A stretch of DNA of 64,000 nucleotides, taken from positions 3,472,001 through 3,536,000 of the forward strand of contig OU015568.1 in the NCBI GenBank assembly GCA_907165135.1. The letters are read 5' to 3'. The position numbers and the translations under genes are program-made. Position 1 is the stretch's first letter. Each line of letters starts with the position of its first letter. The notes under the pieces were generated by a model. That model made no database searches. It saw only the letters and a program-made list of their open reading frames with translations, and had not been told where the DNA came from. The DNA comes from Oikopleura dioica (taxonomy: Eukaryota; Animalia; Chordata). Positions 32,130-43,425 of this stretch are shown here, piece by piece.

Positions 32130-35100
32130 ATGGGAATATCTGAAGAAGTGAAGATATCCCTGCCGACTGGAGGAGATGTCAGGTAAATGAAAACTTGTTG
32201 TGAAATTCGGAGAAAATCGCGCTTTCTCGACGTAATTGGTGATTTCTCCTAATAAAAAGGCCATCTGCGGCTATTTTCGAAGAAATAATCGCCCAATTTC
32301 GTAGATTATAGCCGCGTGCGGCTTTTACAAGAAAAAAAGAGGACTCTTAGTTGTAAAATGCGGCTTTTTGACCCATTTTAGGAACCAGAGGAAGCTGTTT
32401 TTTCTTTCTTTTTTATTATTAGCACTGACAATATCGCAAACAGGTGTTAGGCGGTAGTTAAATTTTATCTTCCTTTGAATCAGAGATTCTCAAATCTTTG
32501 CTGGGATTATGAATATTCGTCTCAAAGTAAAAAACTTTCAACTTCTAACCAATTTTTACTATTTATGATCCAGAAATCAGAAATTTACAAATGTTGATAA
32601 TTCAAAGATTTGACGCGCAATTTCATTTTTTCTTTTAGACTTCCTGTCCGCGTAGCTGCCCGATGTACTGGAAAAGAACTAGTCGAGCTTTGTTGGGAGG
32701 CTATTCCAGGTAAAAAATTAGCTTCCTGTTTTTTTCTGAAGAAAAGAAACCGCGAAAAAGTTTGATTATCCCGACTTTTGACAAGCGTAAAATCTAAAAG
32801 AATAGCTAATGATTCATTAGTTATGAAGATATAATGTAGTCTGTTAGACACTGTCAATTTTCGTTTAGGTTTGAAGCGAGAGGACCATCTGTTCTGGTCG
32901 ATAAGAGTGACGCCGTCACCGAGCTCCAGTCGCGATGTCGATTCTGTATTTACTTGGCTACAGCCTGATAAGAAGCTCTCTGACCAAGGCATCAAAAGTC
33001 GAGAGCTAGAATTTGTACCACGGCTTTATCCAGAGGTATGAATGATTCTAATACCTCTTCCTCAATTGGAGTTTAGCATTGGAATCAGCTGCAGAATAGT
33101 TACGCAGTAGAGCTACTATTCTTATCAGTAAAGCGAGCGGTCTACAGTGGCGAGCTGCGTTTTAGTGATAACGCTAAGGACGCACTTGCCGGTCATGCAC
33201 TCCAAGGCACGGGTTCATCGTTTTCTAGGGTGGGCGTAACTCGGGGAAGATTAGGGTCCCCAAGGGAGGTGTTAGTCAAAAGGAACCCCCCTTTACCCAA
33301 ATACGAACGCCCGTGATGGGGGCGCTATGCCTTATGTCTTCCTTCCTCCTAAAGACCAACTGATTTTGAATCCAGAAAAAGCACTTATCGGCGATTATCG
33401 AGACGAAAGCTCCTCCAGATCGTCCTTGAGGAGGCATTACTTGGTTCCTGTAACGAAAAACCTTGACCACTGGGCCGAGTCAGAGCGCAGAGCCGTTCAT
33501 CATCATAAGGCGCGTGGCTCAATCATTTATCATTGCAAAAATGTCACCAAAAGAAACTTAAAAAACTTATTTCGCAAGATTTTTTTCCAGGCGCGTTACA
33601 GTGATAAATCAAAATTGAGCCTTGTTTTCCAGAAACAGCGTGGCTGCCCCCGTGGAAAGGCGATTACAAATTACCTGATGATTGCGACGAATCAGGCGAC
33701 TTACGGAGTAGAGCTATTCCGTGGCGTTCATGACAAAAACAAGCACGAGTGGGTGGTTGGAGTCTGTTACAATGGCATTCATCGGTATCATGTGACGTCG
33801 TTGGATCATCCGGACAAGATCTATGATTGGAAAAAGTTGGACAATCTGTACTTCAAGGTTAATATAAACATTGGAAAACTCATTGGAATAACCCTTTGTT
33901 TCAGGATAAAAAATTCACAGTGGAAGTGTGCTCCGACGATCCCAAAACTCCGCGCTCCATGAGTTGGTACGGCCGCGGTGTCACCATTCGCGCCCTCTGG
34001 AACGCCGCTATCCACGCGCACATGAGCTACATCGACTTGCGACCGAACAAGAAGCTCCGACACGAATACCCAAAGCTTATCGAAGAGCTCGAAAAGAAAC
34101 TGGACAAGCCTTGCCTCGCTGGGGCGAACTTTCAAATTCCCGACATTCCGCTAGAGTCTCAAGATGGCGCTCGATTGACGAAAAGTCGAAGCTCTGAAGA
34201 AAGTCCTGAAAGACGAGCGAAAGAACTCGAGGTCCTCATCGCACTGAAATCGAAACGAAGAATGCTCGAAGATCAGTATTTCCAACGCGTCGAACAGCTC
34301 AAATCCATCATGCGCCAGGAAGCCCAGCTGACGAAGATCATCCCGCCAGAGTTCAAAAAATACCTGACTCAGGAAGACAAAGAATTGAACAAAGAAGTCA
34401 TCAACCATGCAAAAACGCTTCAAGAAACGACGTTCAAATTCGAAGGACTCGACAAGCAAAACGACTCCAAAGACGGCAAAGCGTTGAAGAAGACGAGCTC
34501 GGTTACGTCTGTCACGCCTGTGAATCGATCTGATCAAGCACAGGAAGAACTGAGGAGGATAGCGAAAGATCTGGGAGTCAATCAAAAAATAACAGTTTGT
34601 TTATCAAAGCTCAACAATAAAAAGCTCGAAAATGAATCAAAGAAGCAGACCTACGCCAGGAAATATCAAGAACAGCTGTACCGAAAATATAAGAACAAAG
34701 TCAATGTAAGTAAAACACAATGATCCTCGTCGTAACGCAGCCTTTAGTCGCTCGAGGAGACAAAAACGCATCTTGAACGAATCATCGTCAGCCCGACAAG
34801 CCCAATGTCGCTTTCCCCCGATCTCCCGAGCGATTTGAAGATGTCGCGCATCTCTCTCGACCGAGGGCGGCACTCGATCGACGACGTCGGATCCGTCAGT
34901 TCAAGCTCTTCTCTTCCGGATACTGATGGTCCAAATGGCGGTCGAATGAGCGGCTCGGCTACTCCGCGATCGGCGCATTCGACAACCTCCCTCGAAGACG
35001 CTGCTTTGAACACTGGTCCTACGAGACAGTACTCGATTCGTCGCGAAAGTGGAGGGCCAATTATTCAGAATCATCCCCATCGACCGCCATCTCCTTCTTT

Positions 35101-36953
35101 CAGAGATGGTTCCTCCACTTCTGACGGCGGAAGCTCTTCCCATATTCCGAGGAGAGATCGCCCACCGCCAGTCCAAGAAAGAACCTCCAGTTTAACTCCC
35201 ACACTTGCTCGGAGAACTAGCCAACCATTATGTAAAATAGGGTCAAAAAAGATCATGAACTAAAGTCAACATTCAGTGAGTTTACCTGACGGAAATGTCA
35301 CCCTCCGACCGCCACGAAAGACCTACCAAAACGACAGCGGGGCAACATTGAGCCGAACTGGGCCGATCAAGGTTGAACATCCGGCCAGCGCGAGTGCGAT
35401 TAAGACCTTTTCCTCTGCAGAGATAGGTATTTATACTTTTATAAATACATTTGCGTGTCTTCTTTCCCTCCACAAACATACCTTAATTGTATTTAGAATC
35501 GCGCTACTGCTCGAACAGAGGCGCCTCAGCAACAATGAGCCGGGGTTACTCGGATTATCAAAACAATCAAAATACGAACAATCAAAATCATTACTTCTAC
35601 GGGGAGGCGTCTGGTCAATACATGCACCCTGGCTATGGCGCCATGCCCAGAGCTCCTGTAAGTCCCCTCTTTTCAGCCCCTTTTTACAATTCTTCCAGAC
35701 GGAATTCGACGCCCTGTCGGAAATGAGCTTCGGCTCTGAAGCAAATGTAAATAACATTCAATCGCGAAAACACATTCGGCAATTGCTGCACGAACATTTC
35801 ACCAACAACAGCTCCACCAACCGCTCCAATCATCACGCCGCTGCTCCATCGTCCTATCAACCTACCTATCAACGCATCGCTGTCAACAGAACGAGGTCCA
35901 AAGAAACTAGTTCAAGAGACACTTTCGAACCTGCCCACCATGATTACAGAGAAATGGTATGTAACCAGCAAACATCAACTCTTTACCGTTTCTAAGCATG
36001 CTGGTTCTATTACTCCAGGAACAAAGAAGCGTCTTCCACCATCGACTCTAAGCCTTCATTCGACACAAACAAATATGGATCTAGGAACGCCCGGCACTCC
36101 TTCCTCCCTCGCCTCCTCTTCTGGCATTCTTGATTCCAGAATTCTTAGGCCAGTGTTTTGAGAAGCTCCCTGGTTCAGGGTGGTTTCCGGGGGTCAAGAC
36201 TCCCCGATAGGCAGAACGGGTTCTGCAAACACCTGACGATGGGGGTTTTGCCCTCAGATCCCGCCTGATCCAGAAGAAATTCAAATTGAAAACACTGGAA
36301 ACAGTCAAAATCCCTTTCATCGCCATGATTCCGGCATTTCTACTCTTTCTGCCCAAACCCATTCGACGAAAACCCTATCAAGCCAGAATTCAGGCGGTAG
36401 TTTGGGATACGGAGTCTCAGATTCTGGCACTGAAGCTGCTAAGCGTCGCGAAATTCTTCCAGGTACTTTTCTCTACCATCTTCATTCTTCAACAGTTTTT
36501 TATTCAGAAGCTTCTGCTCCCAAAACAACTGGTCTGCGAAACAATGTCCGGAGCGCCCTTCAAAGCCAAGTTCTAAAATCAAACACTAACACTATTAATA
36601 ATCACAACACGCCTAACAGAAACTCGATTCTATCTAACTACTATTCGCTTCCTCGAAATCCGAATCTTAATCGCTCTTTTGAAGCGGATGCCAAAACAGA
36701 GCTCGATCAATTTGAACGATCCTTCGAAGCTGAAGATCTTCTAAAATCGAGTCCAGAAAAAAGTACAGAAGGAATAATCATTCCTGGAAGCACCTTAGAT
36801 CTGAGGTCCCGTAAACAAGGATATTCCCCGGGAGCTAGTGCTGCTAGAACTCTTTTGAATAAAAGATTCTTGGGCCGGTCCCTAGCTCTATCAAAAGATC
36901 AAGCTAGTAAAGTTAGGGAGCGTTTTAGAGTAAGTAACTCCGTTAGAAAGTAA
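32130..36953 (+). CDS. FRMD4: FERM domain-containing protein 4 (FRMD4A/B ortholog); 3' exon structure uncertain
   Basis: RGKAITNYLMI..TYGV, WVVGVCYNGI, IYDWKKLDNLYFKDKKFTVEV, and CUPID coiled coil ALKSKRRMLEDQYFQRVEQLKSIMRQEAQLT; long S/P/R-rich tail. Confidence 0.85.
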
Positions 36954-37159
36954 AGCCTTGATTTTTATAGTCATATTTGTTACTAAAAATCAATCATGAT
37001 AAGGATTCATTGATTTATGAAACCTTTTGGGTCATTATTTGAACTTGAATCAATCGGCTTCGATTTTAATTTTTCTATTAATAAATACACTCCGTATTTA
37101 TTATTTAAACTGACTTAATCAATTCAATCATACGAATCTGGCGCTGTTTTTCTGTTGTT

Positions 37160-37720
37160 CGTTATTTTTGCCTCTCCAGAGCCCCTATTTATTGAAATAA
37201 AGAATAAACAATGAGGATTAACTTACCAATATTCAAACTATCTTAACGTTCTTCTTTCCGAACTTATAGTAGAGCCGCAAGCCACGAGCGAAGCGACTTC
37301 CCAAACGATTGGGTTCAAAGTGAAGAGCGTGGAACCCTGGTTTGAAGACTGGAAATTGCAGCTTCGACAACCAATTCGACGAACACCGCGATTCAACAAT
37401 TTTCATTTTCAGAAAGTTCACTTCCTTCTTCTCCTTTCTTTGCAATATTAAGATTTTGATCGTACGAGCATTTCTTTTCTTATGCGTTTTTTCTTTATTG
37501 TTCCACATCTTCCGACCTAGTTTTCTACAATCTTCTTGATACACAAAAACGTTTACTAGTTTTATGCGTTTTCTACCTCGTTGTTTCGACTATTTTCAGA
37601 GCTTCTACAAGTCTTTTCCGTTCAATGAAAATTGAGTGATGACAATTATAAATTCCAGTTATCTTGGTCCTACCAACTCTGTCATTCATTGTGCTGAAGC
37701 GACATCGAATGCCTTACTGT
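37160..37720 (-). CDS. Possible small multi-exon gene of unknown function
   Basis: Segments MNDRVGRTKITGIYNCHHSIFIERKRLVEALKIVETT and WLSKLQFPVFKPGFHALHFEPNRLGSRFARGLRLYYKFG sit near GT/AG sites. The full model is not resolved. Confidence 0.3.
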
Positions 37721-37887
37721 ACAAAAAAGTACCTATTATTCGCTTGCTTAAAAATATGCGACCAGAAATAACGCTGCCCTGTTTTAATCAACAAAAAACC
37801 GAACTCATCAACCTGTTTTCCCCACTTTGAATCAAAGACCAATTTAATAAACCCGAAATTCAACCCGATAATTTCAATCTCGGCTTT

Positions 37888-37992
37888 GCAACCTTCATCG
37901 AAAACCTGAATTAGGGTCCTGAATGACCATTTATCATAAATGGCATTTATGAAAGTCCCCTGACCCTGACTCAGGTTTTCTACACAGGTTCC
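37888..37992. mobile_element. Family A MITE copy
   Basis: AAAACCTGAATTAGGGTC ... GACCCTGACTCAGGTTTTCTACACAGGTT inverted pair. Confidence 0.55.
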
Positions 37993-38098
37993 CAGATTTC
38001 AACTGTTTTATTATTTTCTAGAACATCCCTCCAGCGTCGCTTGTTTTCAGAGCTCAAAATCAGTTCGTTTCAGATTTTCAAAAGACGGTTATGTTAAT

Positions 38099-40136
38099 AT
38101 GAGTCTTTATTTGTCGTTTTGCGCAAATTACGATGTGATGGAAGATTTGTTCACATTGCAGCAAGAAGCGGAAAAGCAACGAAAAGTTGAGTACGATGCA
38201 GCGCTCAGGATTCAAGCATGGTTTCGCGGAAATCGCATCAGAAAGTACATGCGATTTTTGCACGAGACCGCTGCGAAAATCCAGTCAACTTTCCGCATGT
38301 TCGCTCAAAGAAAAAGGTGAGACAAAAACTAGCAAGATTACTCAACTACGCTCGGCGACCTGTGTAGAAAGCCTGAGTCTGGTAGAGACTCTACCGTAGA
38401 GTGGTCCTCGTAGAGCTTTGAGAAAAGCTGCTAGATATCTATTTTATTTTGTTTTCAAGTTGCTGAACCCGGTCCTTTGCGGAACCCTTAGTCAGGGTCC
38501 TGAAAAACCTGTTTTCGATGATCTTTCACGACCCTAATTCAGGTTTCTTCAGGTACACAGGTTGCCGGGCCAGCATCCTTAGTATCAGTAGCTCACATCT
38601 GCATTTAGATATTATGTAATGGTCAAAGAAGCTCTAGTACGTCAAAAAGAAGCAGAAGCTCACAAAGCAGCTGCCAAAATCCAGACGATTTGGCGAGGAT
38701 ATTATACCAGAAAATATGTTCATAATTACTACGCTCGAAAGCATTATCTTTTGGTAAGTCTTCTCTTTTTAATCAACATTAATTATTGTTTCTTAGGCAG
38801 TGGAAGAGAAAAATAAAGAAGTAAGAGAGCAACTTGCTCGATTTGCGGCGAAGCAGAAGGAGGCAAAAGAGCGAGAAGAAAGAATCAAACTTGAAGAAGA
38901 AAAGATTCTTCTTGGTATGTTCAAAAGTTTATTTCTGATGAAAAGATGGAACTTGTCAAGAGTTACCTTCAACACAAGTTGGCTTTGTTGTGTGTTTGGA
39001 CAAAAACTAATCCTGGCATCTAATTCTATGTTCCACAACAATTTAACACGTTCCAACGAACAGGGCCACCTCAGATGATCTTTGAATGGATAGAACTGAA
39101 AAATCTGCAAGCGGCTTTTCGATTTTCAGCCGTTATTTTACTGTAGTTACAATTAGACATTAGAAACGGTGCACTTAAATTTTGACATCATAAAGAACAA
39201 AATCTAATTATCTCCCTCTAAAGCAACTTTGAGGCCGACTGAACTTTAAAAACATAGTCAGCGAGTATCAACAGAAGGCAACTTTATTTTCAGTTGCTAC
39301 ATCAACAGTTTATTTTTATCACAATCAGTTCAAAAAATGAAATAAAAGCATTGATTTTAGCGCGCAAGAATCACTACATGATGAGTACCTATCAACAAAA
39401 TGGTGTTTTTGCATCTCCTTGGTTTCCAAACAGCGGGTTTGAAGACCTCATGGCCCAAGTCCCTCCACTAAGCAAAGAGGAACGAAAACAGCTGATGAAA
39501 AATGGAAAAGAAAGTCCAAGAGAGCTGCCTCCTTTAAAGTAAGTTCACGGAGCCGCGCGGTTTTTTCTTCATCTCTCTTTTAGAAAGGTGGTTCCTCCGA
39601 GACTGCAGGGGCCGTTTAGGGAGCCAATGATGGTCCATAATCAGAGGTACAGGGCTCTTTCGCCGACTCTTCGAGTTGCTACGAGCATCAACAGCGTCAA
39701 GGAAGAACAGACCAAGGAGAAGCAACGACAATGGATTAGGAGGATTCATGATGACCCCATGGTACGTTTTCGAATGATTGATTTGAGTATAAATATCGGT
39801 TTATCTATTCTTTTAAAATCTGCGAACTTCACTTAATTACACTTCATCTCAGATATATTTACGGTCTCTTTCGGCTCAAGTGTAATCAGGAAAATCCAAA
39901 TATAAAATTTTGAAATAAAATTCTGGTTTCTGATTTTTGTATTTCAGAAATTCTCGATGGACAAAGACAAATACGTCCCCCTAATTCATACGAAGGAAAA
40001 GTTCGACCGCAAGCTGTACGGTCAAAAATCCTTCCGCGAAGAAAAGGAAAACTCGACTGCATTCAAAACGGTCGTTCCCGCGATTCCGCTGTTCGACAAG
40101 TTCGGCAAAGAAAGATCAGCGACTCTTACAAATTGA
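38099..40136 (+). CDS. SPATA17: Spermatogenesis-associated protein 17 (IQ-motif protein)
   Basis: Three IQ motifs (IQAWFRG, IQSTFRM, IQTIWRG), HNYYARKHYL, ARKNHYMMST, QGPFREP, LSPTLRVAT, FKTVVPAIPLFDK. Confidence 0.85.
38351..38580. mobile_element. Two family A MITE remnants in SPATA17 intron 1
   Basis: CTCGGCGACCTGTGTAGAAAGCCTGAGTC (single arm) and TTAGTCAGGGTCCTGAAA...GACCCTAATTCAGG...CACAGGTTGCCGGGCCAGCATCCT. Confidence 0.5.
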
Positions 40137-40451
40137 ATATTTTTTTATTTCTAATCTGCAATTTTATTTTTCTATAATCCTGCTTTTCATCATCAGTAAT
40201 AACTTTCGACTGTGCTAGAGTATTTTTTGACTTTCCTTTCGATTCACAAAATATATTTTATTTTCATAAATTTTCGCTTTCGTTCTATCTTTTTCAAAAA
40301 CAAAAAGCTAGAGCGATGTTTCAAATGAATAAATCAAAAAGTCAATGCATAAGGAAGTCGCATAGATATGAGATTTTAGAGCGTGCCAGGCAGGAGTTGA
40401 AATCAAGGTGCACTTTCAGGCAGATTGATATTAGCTCCAAGAGAACTATTG

Positions 40452-41689
40452 ATGAATAAAAAAGCATGTTTTGTCATGTTGGGTTTTCGTGGGTACACTT
40501 TCTTTAATACATTCAGCAACTACTACTTCTACCACAACAACCACTACTACAACAACTACAACAACCACAACAACAACTACAACAACAACGTCGACTTCAT
40601 TAGAGCCATGCGCATGTACTGACAAGGTAAAAACTGGAATCAGGATAGGATACCCTTAAATAAGACTTTTCTCTTGATTTACAGTTAAAAATCAGTCAGA
40701 AAAACTGACCAAAAGCTTCATCCCTAAAAAAGATCATCAGAAAAAGCCTTCCAAAGTACCAGTTCCTTGAAGCCTATCTATCTTGGCAACACTGGATTCC
40801 TCGTTCAAGCAGTGTCAAGAGCTGTGAATAAGTATACTGTAAGCTACCAGCAATACTGGGTCATGTCGAGAGCAGTTTGCGGTCAAGGAGTGCTCGATGT
40901 CTTAAAAATGGGAGCCTTCAGGTTTTCTGTTTTGGAAAAACGAACGAAAGGTTCTTTTCAAACGCTGAATTTTGCATTAAAAATTCTAGGGAGCATCGAT
41001 CCAATAACCAACTACGACGCCTTTGCTGCACGAGATCTTTACTACCGTAACCACTGGCCTGACGAGTTAAAGAAACATCGTTCAATTACCTTTGGATTCA
41101 GGTAACATGGTGAATCAAATTATCAATACTCGTGAAAAAGTCATGTTTTCTTTCAAAATTGAGCTGATTTGTTTCTCATTTCTTGTGAGGTTAATTTGTT
41201 GAAAACAAGTCTAGCCGTCAATTCAATTTTCAATGTTCACTTGACAATAATTACATTCAAATACATTCAAAATTGCGTGGGCGGCCCTGATTGTCCCGTC
41301 ACTCAGAAATGATAATCATGGTAGATATTAATTCAATAACCTTTTTGGTACTTCGTCGGAGTAGAGTAAGATTTAATTAATAATGGCCCGTTAGAGAAAA
41401 GTAGCAAAAATACAATAATAATCCATTTTTACAGCATCATCATATTAATCTTTTTAGAGCCGAAAAGACGCTTGTTGATCCAACTGGTAACGACAAAAAA
41501 GACGCTTACTGGGCGCTTCTTCAATTCCACAATATTGCCTCTACACTTGATATCGTCAACGTTAACATCGACGACATCTACAACTGTGTCAATGGCGCAA
41601 AGCCAGTGACGATCCTGCCTGGCGAGGGAATTGACATGACATGCGATTATGCAAAATGCGTCGGCGAAGAAGTAATCGTTGGCTATTAA
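40452..41689 (+). CDS. Secreted protein with poly-Thr (mucin-like) stalk; start codon out of frame by one A
   Basis: HVLSCWVFVGTLSLIHSA plus about 25 Thr, then exons PIYLGNTGF...VCGQG, IDPITNY...HWPDE and AEKTLVDP...DMTCDYAKCVGEEVIVGY*. Confidence 0.55.
40517..40595 (+). repeat. (ACA/ACT/ACC)n trinucleotide tract encoding poly-Thr
   Basis: Direct inspection. Confidence 0.8.
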
Positions 41690-41916
41690 ACTGTCGATGA
41701 AATAATTAACCGAATAATAAAGCTCGAAACTTGTAATTCTCAAGTAGCAGATTTGTAAACGGGCAAACATGCTAACTACCGCTAGACAAGTGAAATATTA
41801 ACAAGAGAAGACGATGTCCTATTGAGCAGTCTATCTTGCTGCAGTATGATATTCCACTTGGTATTAGCATCAGGCCTTTTTACATGTTCATTTATTGTGA
41901 ATAGATACAGAGCAAA

Positions 41917-42510
41917 ATCATAGCAGGTCGAGGACGTTTTTGTTTGGGCTTCGGCGTTCGGGTTCTTGATTTGTCGAGTCCTAAAAATTGGTTATTGAGG
42001 GTATAAAATTCTTTTTTTTTAAGAATTTTCGACCGCGAAGACCCAAATTTTCAGCCTGGAAATTCCAAGTTGGGCTTTCTTTGTATAAATTTTGAGCATA
42101 TTTTGTAGCTGTAGCTTATCATACAAATTTAATTTTTCGTCAAAAAAGCATCTCTTACCACAGTGGTTGTATCGTTTTCAACTGGTCCTAATCTCTCTAA
42201 TTCTTCCAAAGCAGCTGTCGCTTGCTCCGCATCCATCTTTGTCTGCTTGAGTAACAAGAGGAGCAGAATTTGTTCTTCTGTGAAAAACTTTGTTTCTGGC
42301 ATTTGGTCGATGTTCTATTGAGAAAAAATGGGAATGAAGTGCTCTGAGGCTCTGGGGCTGCAAGCAGGCGAGTTCAAAGACGCGGAAAGACACCGCCGCA
42401 ATCTGTATAGCTCCACCAACACGCGCAGGGCGCATCAGATGCGCCATGTAATTGAAGGTTTCGAATGTAAACAATTTCCCTGAGCACCTCTTTTGTGGAA
42501 CAAGCAAATA
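41917..42510 (-). CDS. Partial multi-exon gene of unknown function (5' exons unresolved)
   Basis: Exons ...STKEVLREIVYIRNLQLHG..CACWWSYTDC, NIDQMPETKFFTEEQILLLLLLKQTK...NDTTTV and DSTNQEPERRSPNKNVLDLL*, with GT/AG ends on the last two. Confidence 0.35.
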
Positions 42511-43425
42511 TCACTTCTCTACTTATTTTATCAACATCGAAAAAAACTTGAAAATGTTAAACAAAATACGTGCCAAGTAGTCGAAAAAGCTATATTTCTT
42601 GACCATTTTCTGCTTACATAAGGTGCTGTAATATATAATTTTTGCTTCCAGAGACTGAACACAATCTCTTGAAGCTTATTTTTAGCAGAAAAAACAAAGG
42701 GGTAGCAATGTTAAGTCGGTGAGAAAAATCATCTCAAAAACCTAGTTTACGATGTCTACTCCCTTAAGCCTTGGGTCGGGCCCTTTGTAAGGGTTTGATT
42801 AAGAGTGACCGGCAGGTCAAAAAAATATCCCCTAACTAGCAGCTACAGTAGATGCTAAATGATTCAAACTTTTTCGTTTGAATATTCTTTCAGGCTGTAC
42901 ATCTTATATTTTTGTCTTGAAAATTAATACTATTTCCTTCTGAAACTTGATGTTCATTTGCCTGAAATCCAAGTGTACTTATCTTCTTATTCGCTGCGAC
43001 GGAAAAAGATAAGAGTTCGGCGGTGGAACAATTGGCGGTCAGACTGTTCAACATAGAAATATTTACTGCAACACAAAAGAAGTGCACAGAAAAAAAGGTT
43101 CCTAATTAATTGAATTTATTGATCTCGGGAACTGACGCTTATCTGACGCAATTCGCTAAAAAGTGATAATAATGCTACCGATTGTACTTTAATGATTTGC
43201 AGATAAGCAAAGTCCAGGGGAAATTATTAATTGACCCAAATAATAAGCTCGATTCTAGCTGCTAGAAACTGAGCGGTAAAAAAACTTTTCTTTTGTCTTT
43301 CTATTTGCGCAAATGTTAACTCTAGCCAAACCTATCAGATATCAGCCTTATTTTACGACTCAGAAATAATCAACTTTACTACGTGCTTTTTTCGTATTCG
43401 CATCTTTCAATCAGAATCAAGAGAA

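Noticed and set aside
40425-40622. Asn/Tyr/His-rich prion-like ORF
   Set aside because: Alternative frame of the poly-Thr repeat; the Thr frame has the signal peptide and the downstream exons.
40686-40830. In-frame TGA at 40706 as selenocysteine or a pseudogene stop
   Set aside because: An acceptor at about 40772 in another frame gives a clean exon, so this stretch is intronic.
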